A stretch of DNA of 64,000 bases from a virus. Taxonomy: Duplodnaviria > Caudoviricetes. Below the pieces are notes generated by a model. The model saw nothing but the letters and a program-made list of their open reading frames with translations, was not told where the DNA came from and made no database searches. Made by a program: the position numbers and the translations under genes. Below, piece after piece: positions 12,020 through 20,163 of the stretch. The DNA is taken from positions 5,357-69,356 of the IMG/VR virus record IMGVR_UViG_3300048861_000137, one strand, 5' to 3'. How positions within the stretch are numbered: the stretch's first letter is position 1; each line of letters starts with the position of its first letter.

Positions 12020-12430
12020 TTATCTTTCTTCTGCCGTCACATTGATCCGATAGCGGATGCTATTCCCCGTGAAGGCTGTGGTCATGCCTTCCACGAGCTG
12101 CTTGATGATGGGCGAATTCTTCTTTGCAAGTTCCTTGGTCAGATAATCGCGAATTACTGACTGTTGCTTCTCAAGTTCTTGCTCGAGAGTCTTCTTTACG
12201 GAGCGTTGTATGCAGTCTCTTACTGCCCACTGCAGAAATGTCTCGGCGCTGCTGGATTGGTAACGATCTGGTGATCCATCGCCGGCAACTTTTTGACTGA
12301 GAACGCGCTCGATTGCGATTTCAACGAGGCGTGTACCGCCCCCAAGCGCCGATACAACTGCGGCTTGGACGTGCGACTGAATGATGGGTTCGATAACATT
12401 CTTGGGAATCTGAAACGTGGGATCTGCCAT
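12020..12430 (-). CDS. Hypothetical protein
   Basis: 136-aa ORF, co-oriented. Confidence 0.6.
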   Translation of the reverse strand: MADPTFQIPKNVIEPIIQSHVQAAVVSALGGGTRLVEIAIERVLSQKVAGDGSPDRYQSSSAETFLQWAVRDCIQRSVKKTLEQELEKQQSVIRDYLTKELAKKNSPIIKQLVEGMTTAFTGNSIRYRINVTAEER

Positions 12431-12462
12431 GTCTATCTGCTTTCTGCTGCCCTACGCAGCGG

Positions 12463-12825
12463 TTAGAACGGGATTTCGTTGTACTTCTCGATGGCTGCGC
12501 GGAGAGCCTCCGTAGCGACCAGCACTTCAGCGGGAACGGACTTGACGCCTGTTCGTGTGATCGCATCGATGAGCTTCTCGCCAGCCACGGCCATATTGTT
12601 TTCAAGCGTCCAATCCTTAGCCGGGGGCACGGTAGCGCCAGAGTCCTGATGGACTTCTACAAGCTCGTACTCCATCCGTGGGCCCTTTAGGCGCTCAGCG
12701 GCGAGAACGATCTCGGCATCTGCTCGCTTCGGGAAAACCTGCCCCATGATGAGCATAGGTGCGGCTGCGTCATCGTACTCAAAGGTCTGCGGGCTCATCA
12801 TCGCAACAGCATTGCCAATCAACAT
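12463..12825 (-). CDS. Hypothetical protein ending in NEIPF
   Basis: 120-aa ORF with GGAGG RBS; C-terminal IPF resembles an SSB tail. Confidence 0.6.
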   Translation of the reverse strand: MLIGNAVAMMSPQTFEYDDAAAPMLIMGQVFPKRADAEIVLAAERLKGPRMEYELVEVHQDSGATVPPAKDWTLENNMAVAGEKLIDAITRTGVKSVPAEVLVATEALRAAIEKYNEIPF

Positions 12826-13116
12826 CTACCTACCCTCCTTGTTGCGTTCGCGAAGCTCCTGCTCCCACAGAAGCGTGTGTATGTTGTCCAACTTGTTGAA
12901 GATCAAAACTCCCAGCTTCAGGGCATAGGAGAGCAAGTAGATGAGAGCGAAAACGGGGTTGGCATTGACGGCTGGGAACCCATGATCAATCGCGTATATC
13001 TTCCCCTCGATCTCCTCCGGACGAAAACGAACATGATCCTTGGCAGATTGAGCGTAGGCCTGAGCGATGCCTTCGATTTCCTGAATGCGGATCTCTTCAT
13101 GCCGTTCTAGTGCCAT
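12826..13116 (-). CDS. Hypothetical protein
   Basis: 96-aa ORF abutting its neighbours. Confidence 0.55.
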   Translation of the reverse strand: MALERHEEIRIQEIEGIAQAYAQSAKDHVRFRPEEIEGKIYAIDHGFPAVNANPVFALIYLLSYALKLGVLIFNKLDNIHTLLWEQELRERNKEGR

Positions 13117-13118
13117 GG

Positions 13119-14348
13119 TTACTCCTCCGCGTAAGGGTTGAAGTCCTGCTCGATGCCTTCCGGAGTGCGGACAGCAAACTTCGGCTTGGTCGAGCGTTCA
13201 ATGAGCGAGTCCTCGAAGATCTCGCGCAGGTCAGCGCGCTTCTTCGTATTCAGCTTCGGCTTGATGCCGGTGGAACTGATGGAGAGCTTCCAGTTGCGCC
13301 AGTCCTCTCCTGTGGCCGCCGTGTAGTCGTTGAGAACCTCCAGCGTGGCGTCGTCGAGCGGGTAGCGCGTAGACGGTACCGCCTGCTCGGCATACTCGTA
13401 GGTCTTACCATTGCCATCCTGATAGCTGACCGAGCCGTGGACCTCGGCAAATGTCTTGAGGACCGGGTTATTGAGCTCGTTCATCTTCGACATCCAGATC
13501 TTCCAGCGGAGACGATCGGCCGGGGAGAGCGTCGTGTACTCGTTCCACTCGGCGATCGGGCATGTGAAGTTCTTGGCCAACGGGCAGTAGACGCAGATCT
13601 TTGAAGGGATAGCCTCCGCCATGTCCGGATGAGCATGGATGTCGCGCTGACGCTCCCGGGCCCGGCGAACGTGCGCCGAGAGTTCCGCAATGTCGGCCCG
13701 ACGCCACATATCGCGGCGAGCGCAGTTGGTGTAGCGGACGAAAATCAGTTCGAAGGTGACGTCCTGCAGCGTGGGGATGTGCAGCAGGAGCATCAGCGCG
13801 TAGAGATATGCCTGATAGGTGTCAGCCTCAAACGGAGAAGGATGGCTTTTGAAGTCCTCAATCTTTCCGCGGACGATCTCCTCATTGACGAGGATGTGGT
13901 CGAGCGTCCCGATGTGGGCTGCAAGCTCCTCGCTGTAGGTGACACCGGGATGTCTCTTGATCTCGGTCACCTTGCCGGTATCAGCGTCAATGACCTTGTA
14001 GGCAGGGCGGAGCTCTTCGTCGAGCGCCAACACTACCTCGGTGGCGAAGCTGCGATTCCAGTCGACCTCGTAGGAGTTACGCATGCCGTCGAGGATTGGA
14101 CCGGCAACGGGACCGGCGGCGCGAGTGAGTTGATCGAAGTAGTTCCAGTCAGACGAGATCTTCAGGCTTGAGCAGTGATTGATGTACTGGCTCATGACAT
14201 GGTGAATCTCGGTACCACGGGTGGATGCGATCGAGTCCGGGGTGTCATGCCCGTTGATGTGGACCTCGACATAGGAGCGCGGGCAGGCCATGGTTTCGAC
14301 CGAGGACTGCCGCAGCGCTGGAAGTATTTCAGTAACGATGTTGCTCAT
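13119..14348 (-). CDS. PD-(D/E)XK exonuclease (Cas4/RecB-like)
   Basis: CPR...GTEIHH...GTLDHIL...IEDFKS...QAYLYA and C-terminal CVYC...C (Fe-S-type cysteines). Confidence 0.85.
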   Translation of the reverse strand: MSNIVTEILPALRQSSVETMACPRSYVEVHINGHDTPDSIASTRGTEIHHVMSQYINHCSSLKISSDWNYFDQLTRAAGPVAGPILDGMRNSYEVDWNRSFATEVVLALDEELRPAYKVIDADTGKVTEIKRHPGVTYSEELAAHIGTLDHILVNEEIVRGKIEDFKSHPSPFEADTYQAYLYALMLLLHIPTLQDVTFELIFVRYTNCARRDMWRRADIAELSAHVRRARERQRDIHAHPDMAEAIPSKICVYCPLAKNFTCPIAEWNEYTTLSPADRLRWKIWMSKMNELNNPVLKTFAEVHGSVSYQDGNGKTYEYAEQAVPSTRYPLDDATLEVLNDYTAATGEDWRNWKLSISSTGIKPKLNTKKRADLREIFEDSLIERSTKPKFAVRTPEGIEQDFNPYAEE

Positions 14349-14355
14349 CTCTCAC

Positions 14356-15471
14356 CTACCACTTCGGCTTTGCAGAAGCGTTACTTGCCCGCGACGTCGA
14401 AGCCGCCCCCGTTGTCCCACTGGATGCAACCGAAGCACTCTGCGGGGTCGAAGTCTGCGATGACTTGTCTTCCGCAGTTTTGGCAGAAGTGGTCTCGGCC
14501 GCTGGTGAAGCTCCATCTCCCTTTGCCGTGTCTGCCTCCTTCGGCTCGTTCGGAGACGCCTGCGCCTTCGCAACGACTTGGATCCCGGCGCGGGCAGCTT
14601 CAGCGCGAACATGCTCGAGCAATTCTGCAGGCCTGCCGGCGAAGTTCTTGCGCGCCATGCGACGGGTAGTCTCATTCCAGTTGAGTGCATCCATGAACTC
14701 GTCGATCTCGGTGTCTTCGCGGTTACCGAAGATGTCCTCGATCTTGGACTCCTTGTTGATGAGCTGACGGTGCCAGGCCTTCATAGCGACAATCTCTTCC
14801 GTCCCAAGATCCGCCTGCCCGGCTACTCCCAGAGCCGCATAGATGCGAGCCTCGGTGATTCCAAGGGCGGTAAAAAGCTTGAGCATCTCCGAACGGGTCT
14901 TGGCGATGCTCTCTGCTGTACCAGCGGCCGTCATCTTGGCCTGCTCGAAGATGTCCGCCCAGAGAGCCTTTGGGACACCGCGGAGGATGGCATTACGCAG
15001 AGCCAGGGAGGATGCGGCGGCTCCGGTGACCTGATAACTGTCGCCATCCTTCTTCTTCGTCACGTTGCGGCGACGGGTGCGGATAGCGATGCCGACGTTC
15101 TTCTCGCAGTCATAGAACCGACCCTCAGCGACTACGAAGGCATCGTCTGTGTTGACCTCTACGACCTCGACACCAGCGCGCGAGTTACCCCAGCACGACA
15201 GGACAGCTTCGGCAAACCGGATAGACGGTCCTACGAGTTGATTGCCGGCGCGCGGGAGAGAGTACATCATCTCCATCGCTACAGGCTGGCTTGCCCTGGC
15301 GATCTCCGTGAGCTCTTGCCGAAAACGCGTGATGCTGCGGGGAAACTTCTTTGCTGTCGCTACCTGGTGGCTGCGATCAGCCTCTTCGATGGCGCTGAGG
15401 CTTCCACCGGATACAATTTCTTCTTCGTCATCGCGCGGGTCGATGACTTCTCCAACTGGCTGGGTCGCCAT
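14356..15471 (-). CDS. Probable single-strand annealing / recombination protein
   Basis: QVATAKKFPRS...YSLPRAG...GPSIRFAE...WGN phage family; lies next to the exonuclease (Red-like pairing is inference). Confidence 0.55.
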   Translation of the reverse strand: MATQPVGEVIDPRDDEEEIVSGGSLSAIEEADRSHQVATAKKFPRSITRFRQELTEIARASQPVAMEMMYSLPRAGNQLVGPSIRFAEAVLSCWGNSRAGVEVVEVNTDDAFVVAEGRFYDCEKNVGIAIRTRRRNVTKKKDGDSYQVTGAAASSLALRNAILRGVPKALWADIFEQAKMTAAGTAESIAKTRSEMLKLFTALGITEARIYAALGVAGQADLGTEEIVAMKAWHRQLINKESKIEDIFGNREDTEIDEFMDALNWNETTRRMARKNFAGRPAELLEHVRAEAARAGIQVVAKAQASPNEPKEADTAKGDGASPAAETTSAKTAEDKSSQTSTPQSASVASSGTTGAASTSRASNASAKPKW

Positions 15472-15501
15472 GATGATGCTCCTTCGCTGATGTGAACTGC
15501 G

Positions 15502-15708
15502 TTATTTCCTGAAGCTGTCGCGATCTGGACACGATGCCCAGTGCGACGAAACTTTGTATTCAGGAGCAGACATCAGATCGAAGGGCATCATCTTGCCTTT
15601 CGGAGTTCCCCACCATTCAATCTCTGCCTTACATCCTCGGCAGACTCCATGGTTGGAGAACACGTAGCCGTTTGCCTTCAACTCGTCGAGTGTTCTGGGA
15701 AACGGCAT
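15502..15708 (-). CDS. Small Zn-binding phage protein
   Basis: CRGC...W..TPKGK.MPFD...HWASC. Confidence 0.65.
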   Translation of the reverse strand: MPFPRTLDELKANGYVFSNHGVCRGCKAEIEWWGTPKGKMMPFDLMSAPEYKVSSHWASCPDRDSFRK

Positions 15709-15717
15709 ACGCTGATA

Positions 15718-15930
15718 TCAGTCCTTTCCTCTAGCTTTGCGACTCTGCAGGTACAACCAACGGAGGTGACCCGCCATGGTTCTTCCCTGATCTGCTGCCT
15801 CTTGCTGCTCGTCCAACATTTCGGCTTCCGTCAGGCGAAACCAAACCTGCTTGGTCTCTCCGGTTGAAGGCCTTCCGACTTTTTTCTTCGCAGCCACCTT
15901 ACGGGTGCTTCCTGCTTTTTTCGTCGCCAT
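15718..15930 (-). CDS. Ribbon-helix-helix-like DNA-binding protein
   Basis: GRPSTG followed by VWFRLT beta strand and two helices; AGGAG RBS before ATG 15930. Confidence 0.55.
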   Translation of the reverse strand: MATKKAGSTRKVAAKKKVGRPSTGETKQVWFRLTEAEMLDEQQEAADQGRTMAGHLRWLYLQSRKARGKD

Positions 15931-15939
15931 AGAATCCAC

Positions 15940-16180
15940 TCCTGCGATCGCGTAAAAACACGTGCGTATCGCGACCTAAGCAAAGGAGACAGAGCAGACT
16001 CCAGACGCGGAGAACGATGAATGCCGCGAGGACGACCTGGTTATGCATGCCGGTCCTCGCTCTCGTTCGGTGACTGCTCTATCTCGTAGTTGTCCGAGAG
16101 CACTAACCAAAGTGCCCAGGTGGCAAAGAGAGCCAGGAGGCCGAAACCTCCAGGGTTCCCGTTTGCCAAATCAATGAGAT
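15940..16180 (-). ncRNA. Highly structured intergenic RNA element (unassigned)
   Basis: Nested stems GAGATAGAGCAG/CTGCTCTGTCTC and GCGAGGAC/GTCCTCGC, plus a GGCAAA...GGAGGT-TTCG-GCCTCC...TTTGCC hairpin. Mismatches on + are G.U pairs on -. Confidence 0.45.
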
Positions 16181-16186
16181 ATCGCA

Positions 16187-16678
16187 TTATTTCACCTCTT
16201 TTCCGAGGTTTTCACCAAACTCTATTGACAATTCCGTAGCCCGAGCAGCCCACGAAACATCCCCTTCGATGTCGAAGAGCCGGAGCATGGCCATAGCCTG
16301 TTCGCGGATCACCTCGATCGATGCAAAGCGGAAGTTTGGGTTGTTGGGAACGGGTAAGGTATCCAGGTCGTACTGGCGGAAGCCGAGCTCAGGGACGCGG
16401 GAGAGGACATCTTCCTCGACCAGGAGGCTCAGAGCCGCAACAAAGCGCATCAGAGCCGCTTTGCCGGACGCTGTCTGGACATTGCTGAAGAGATGCTGAG
16501 ACACGCAGACCTGATTGCAGAAGGTTCCAACACCGTTGCTCACGGCATCGGCATCATCTTCGGCGATTTCAGTGCTGCAGTTTGGGCAGAGAGCGACCAC
16601 AACGACGTCGTCGCCATCATCCTGATACTGTGCGGGAGTTACATCCGGGAGGACCATGCTGTTCTCAATGGCGTTCAC
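16187..16678 (-). CDS. Hypothetical protein (CxxC...CxxxC)
   Basis: 163 aa, AAGGAGG RBS. Confidence 0.6.
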   Translation of the reverse strand: MNAIENSMVLPDVTPAQYQDDGDDVVVVALCPNCSTEIAEDDADAVSNGVGTFCNQVCVSQHLFSNVQTASGKAALMRFVAALSLLVEEDVLSRVPELGFRQYDLDTLPVPNNPNFRFASIEVIREQAMAMLRLFDIEGDVSWAARATELSIEFGENLGKEVK

Positions 16679-16842
16679 TTCTGGTCCTCCTTTCGGTAGA
16701 TCCCGATGGCGCGCTCAATCCCTTCCAGGGTGTCGCGCTCGATGTAATGTCCGCTGATGGTGGTGTAGTAGACCGTCTTGCCATCTACCACCTTCGTGAA
16801 GATCTCAGGCTGCCGAGCCTTGCCGTCGACGTAGTCCTTCAA
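16675..16842 (-). CDS. Hypothetical protein
   Basis: TTG start overlapping the upstream TGA, with GGAGG RBS; 55 aa. Confidence 0.55.
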   Translation of the reverse strand: MKDYVDGKARQPEIFTKVVDGKTVYYTTISGHYIERDTLEGIERAIGIYRKEDQK

Positions 16843-17024
16843 TCGACACCTCCGGCTGCAGCCATCTTGTTGTCGACCAGGGATACCGGCATGGAGCGTC
16901 CAGTTCCCAAGCAAATGGGGCAGGTCTCAGCTACGTTTACAAAACCGCAGCGATACATTCTGGTTTGAACGGCACGGACGGACATACCTATGCCGTCGCA
17001 CCTTTGGCACTTGGAGGAATTCAT
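16839..17024 (-). CDS. Small protein with DnaJ-type zinc-finger repeats
   Basis: CQRCDGIG and CPICLGTG; 61 aa from ATG 17024. Confidence 0.55.
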   Translation of the reverse strand: MNSSKCQRCDGIGMSVRAVQTRMYRCGFVNVAETCPICLGTGRSMPVSLVDNKMAAAGGVD

Positions 17025-17354
17025 GTCTTTGTGGGCCCCTACAGCCCGAACTACCAATGAAGGTATATTCCTCTTTTTGACAATTTTTGTCAACAGAAAA
17101 TAGCAGAATGTCCGAATGATATTCTTGATGGTGCCTGGACGCCGGCGCTCGTCGAGGTTCTTCATGTCCCTCGAATCGGGCACCCTACCCGGCGTCTGGG
17201 TTCCATCCTGAAGGTCCTGCCCGCAAAAATGGCGATGGATAATCGAGCTTATGGGCTCAAGATCGTGCTCAAGCCCTAGTCTGGGCGAGCTCCTTGCCGA
17301 AAATAACTTGCCTGTGAAATAAATGCGGATAATCATTTGCGCCTAAAACCAAAC

Positions 17355-17391
17355 AGAATTGGTTTATAGGTTCAAATTAAATTGGTGTCAA
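17355..17391 (-). promoter_or_regulatory. Leftward early promoter (PL-like) with operator
   Basis: Minus strand TTGACA-N17-TATAAA followed by CCAATTCT. Confidence 0.85.
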
Positions 17392-17409
17392 GCGCAAATT
17401 TAGTGAATA

Positions 17410-18081
17410 TTAGTTTTTCCGACCAGAAGGGTAACGCCTGTGCTCTTCCATGATGCCCAGGATACCGACCTCGTGATCGACCGAACTCACCTTCGGATAA
17501 AAGCTGTTCAAGGGGAGGAGTTCGACGATCTGCTTTCCCGGCTCGGAGAAGTTCGACAACTTGTACTGGCGGAAGATGGTGAGGTCGGAATCGATCACTG
17601 CCAAGACAAACTCTCCGGGCTTGACTGTGCCCGTCGGCTTGAAGATGACGTGGTCTCCCTCGGCGAAGAGTGGACCCATATCATCCGAATCCACCCGGAT
17701 TGCAAAGGCTCCCGTGGAGGCGCTCGGACCAACAAATACTGTCTTTTTCAGATCTTTAGGCACATAATTCGCTGCCGTCTCAAGGTTCCAGCTCAGGAGC
17801 TCCGAGCCGGCTAAGACGGGGATCGGTCGGCACGAGAAAACGACATCTTCCTCGGTCAGGTGGTCGGAGAACATCGTTCCCTCCGAGACTCTCAGGGCAT
17901 CCTTGATCCTCGCGACGCTCTCGATGCTGAACCCACCGATGCCGCGTTCGATCTTGGACAGGTTGCTTGGGTCCATCCCGGACATCGAAGCGAGATCCTC
18001 AAGAGTCAACCCCTGCTGCTTTCGCAGAAACCTAATGTTTCTACCGACATTCAGCGTGTATGACATAAAACCATTGTCCAC
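17410..18081 (-). CDS. cI: CI-like repressor (HTH XRE + S24 peptidase-like domain)
   Basis: NIRFLRKQQGLTLEDLASMSG...LSKIERG; C-terminal FAIRVDSDDMGP...GDHVIF...FRQYK. Confidence 0.9.
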   Translation of the reverse strand: MDNGFMSYTLNVGRNIRFLRKQQGLTLEDLASMSGMDPSNLSKIERGIGGFSIESVARIKDALRVSEGTMFSDHLTEEDVVFSCRPIPVLAGSELLSWNLETAANYVPKDLKKTVFVGPSASTGAFAIRVDSDDMGPLFAEGDHVIFKPTGTVKPGEFVLAVIDSDLTIFRQYKLSNFSEPGKQIVELLPLNSFYPKVSSVDHEVGILGIMEEHRRYPSGRKN

Positions 18082-18129
18082 AAAATTGGTTTATTACGCA
18101 ATATTCCACAGGTAACCTCCGTTTTCCTG

Positions 18130-18166
18130 TTGCACCAGAATTGAATTTTCTCTATAAACCAATTCT
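18130..18166 (+). promoter_or_regulatory. Rightward early promoter (PR-like) with operator
   Basis: TTGCAC-N17-TATAAA; CTATAAACCAATTCT (18152-18166) is the exact reverse complement of 17355-17369. Confidence 0.8.
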
Positions 18167-18183
18167 TCGAGGTTACTCAAAAC

Positions 18184-18414
18184 ATGGACACACATCTTCG
18201 AATGGTGCGCAGGAGTCGCGGCTTGAAACAACGCGACGCTGCGGAGGCTCTGGGCTTGGACAACAGCTACTACTGCAAGGTTGAAAACGGACAACTTGTC
18301 CCGAGTCCCGAGGTCGCCCGCCGCATCGTCCGGTTCTTTGGAGCCGGCAGGGGACTCACCGAGATGCACATTCTCTATCCGCAGGACTACGCCGCCAAAT
18401 CGGCCGAAGTCTAG
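18184..18414 (+). CDS. cro: Cro-like HTH regulator
   Basis: LRMVRRSRGLKQRDAAEALGLDNSYYCKVENG; divergent from cI. Confidence 0.85.
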   Translation: MDTHLRMVRRSRGLKQRDAAEALGLDNSYYCKVENGQLVPSPEVARRIVRFFGAGRGLTEMHILYPQDYAAKSAEV

Positions 18415-18473
18415 CCTTTCCCCCTTTCCCCTCCTCCCCCACAACCTTGCTCCCACTCCCTGGGAGGTGACTG

Positions 18474-18884
18474 ATGAGCGATTTTTCGGTGCGTTGTCCG
18501 TATTGCAGCCGAACGGCTGAACTTGTCTCCGATAGCGAGATCTACACGAAACCCCGCGGTCGGTGGCTCTGGCTCTGCAAGCCGTGCAAGGCCTGGGCCA
18601 TGACTGATGAAACCTCACCGCGGCATAAACCGATCGCTCGCATGGCAAAGCATGAACTGCGCCTGCTCCAGATCCGGATCAACGTGCTCTTCAACGAAGC
18701 ATGGCAGATGGCTGCCGCGCGCAATGGGTGGAAGCCCCAGAGAGCGAGATCCGTTGTCGGCCGGTGGATAGCGAAGCGGATGGATATCAGCGAACACGAA
18801 TGCCGGCTGAGCTTCATGGACGAGGAGCAGTCAGCGCGAATCGTCGAGTTGCTTGAGCGATCACTACGAAGAGAGGTGGCTTAG
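18474..18884 (+). CDS. DUF3268-like zinc-finger protein
   Basis: CPYC...SEIY...WLCKPCKAW...H.PI..MA. Confidence 0.75.
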   Translation: MSDFSVRCPYCSRTAELVSDSEIYTKPRGRWLWLCKPCKAWAMTDETSPRHKPIARMAKHELRLLQIRINVLFNEAWQMAAARNGWKPQRARSVVGRWIAKRMDISEHECRLSFMDEEQSARIVELLERSLRREVA

Positions 18885-18886
18885 GA

Positions 18887-19672
18887 ATGGAACCCAAGAA
18901 TATGACATGCAAGGGTGGAAGTGATGTCGGTTGCTCGAGCTGCGCCTATCGCGAGGGCAGTCCTACCCGAGAAGAGCCTTACAACGTATTGCGAGCTGAG
19001 ATCGCGGCCGAGGGCGGTATTCCCTTCCACTGCCATCAGAACTTTCCGTACCTCGATAGGCTGCCCGAGAAACAGGAGCTCGTCGTCTGCGAGGGATGGA
19101 AGAAGGCTGTTGCAGAGAAAGCAAAGGATCCACACTGGCGAACCATGCGTGAGGCGAAGGGCGCGATCGCTCGCCTGGCCATGGGTCTGGTGGAGGAATT
19201 CACCAACGCAGAGAACGATACGGCGAAGAGAGCTGCTCTTGCCGATCTGCGAATGACTTTGAAAGCTCTGTTCAAAAAGCCGAAGCGTTCCTCGGTCGCT
19301 GCATGCATCATCGTGTTTGTTGCCGCGAGCCTCAGTGCTCAGACCTCCAAGCATGCGCAGGGGATACGACAACAACTGCCCGTTATCAAGGACGGGTGCG
19401 CGGAGTGGAAACAGTTGGTCGATCATTCAGTCCGATTCTGCGCGAAGGTTCAAGATCAGAAGCTTCTGAAATCCAACACCGAATTTGAGCATTGCCAGTG
19501 GGAATCGACGGGCCCGAGCTTTCATTGGAATTGGGTGTGCCATTCGACCTACAGGTATCTCCGCTGCCCAGAACCCGAGACTTCTTACGACGAGGGTTGT
19601 CAGGTCATCACTGCCAAGCATGCCGAGGAAAAGTCCGTCCATGCCGATGACCGGAAGGCGGCCGGCAAATGA
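18887..19672 (+). CDS. Hypothetical two-part protein (Cys-rich N-half; internal signal-peptide-like segment)
   Basis: CSSC...CH...CEGW N-terminal part; in-frame ATG 19253 precedes KKPKRSSVAACIIVFVAASLSA|Q. Confidence 0.55.
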   Translation: MEPKNMTCKGGSDVGCSSCAYREGSPTREEPYNVLRAEIAAEGGIPFHCHQNFPYLDRLPEKQELVVCEGWKKAVAEKAKDPHWRTMREAKGAIARLAMGLVEEFTNAENDTAKRAALADLRMTLKALFKKPKRSSVAACIIVFVAASLSAQTSKHAQGIRQQLPVIKDGCAEWKQLVDHSVRFCAKVQDQKLLKSNTEFEHCQWESTGPSFHWNWVCHSTYRYLRCPEPETSYDEGCQVITAKHAEEKSVHADDRKAAGK

Positions 19673-20163
19673 AATCCCTACTCCTCATTCTCGCTATGGT
19701 GGCACCGAAGCCGAAGCCACATGCTCAGAAACCTCTGTCGAACTTCTTCATGCAGGTGGACCAGAACGGTGAGCCTCTGACGGTAGAAGGGCAACTGTCC
19801 TGCTACCGGGACCCCTTCTGCGACAAGATGGTCCCGCAGCTACCTCTGGCGGTGACGGAGCTCCCGTGGCGACCTGTGATGCGGCCGAAGCCGGTAATAG
19901 AAATCAGCATCGACCAGGCGCACGAGTTTTCCGCGAGGGCTAATTGCCCTGATGGCTGGACTGTCGACGAAACGGACCTGTCACAGCCCGGTCCCTGGAC
20001 AACCAGCCAGATGAAGGCGGTGCTCGCGATGCTGGTGTGCCGTAAGAACACACACGCGGATGAGCTCGAGGAGCAGTTCTGGAGATGCCGCGGCTTCGAT
20101 AAGTTTGTACGGACGCAGGTAATGATGCACTGGTCAGGCCCAGGATGGGACGGTACAAAATGA
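19669..20163 (+). CDS. Hypothetical exported protein
   Basis: MKSLLLILAMVAP N-terminus; ATGA coupling. Confidence 0.6.
   Translation: MKSLLLILAMVAPKPKPHAQKPLSNFFMQVDQNGEPLTVEGQLSCYRDPFCDKMVPQLPLAVTELPWRPVMRPKPVIEISIDQAHEFSARANCPDGWTVDETDLSQPGPWTTSQMKAVLAMLVCRKNTHADELEEQFWRCRGFDKFVRTQVMMHWSGPGWDGTK

Noticed and set aside
13119-14348. Cas4-like nuclease as a sign of a CRISPR-Cas system
   Set aside because: No repeat-spacer array or other cas genes seen; the context is a phage recombination operon.
14578-15495. 305-aa plus-strand ORF
   Set aside because: Antisense shadow of the annealing-protein gene.
16115-16170. GGCAAAC...GAAA resemblance to a c-di-GMP-I riboswitch or hammerhead ribozyme
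   Set aside because: The required GGACGCAAAGCC or CUGANGA cores are missing; kept only as unassigned structured RNA.
17077-17093. TTGACA-ATTTT-TGTCAA palindrome as a bidirectional promoter
   Set aside because: No convincing -10 box at 17 bp in either direction; may be an operator, but unsupported.
16839-17336. 165-aa ORF as a DnaJ chaperone partnering GroESL
   Set aside because: Only two CxxCxGxG repeats in the last 61 aa; no J-domain or HPD motif, and the long N-terminal extension lacks an RBS.
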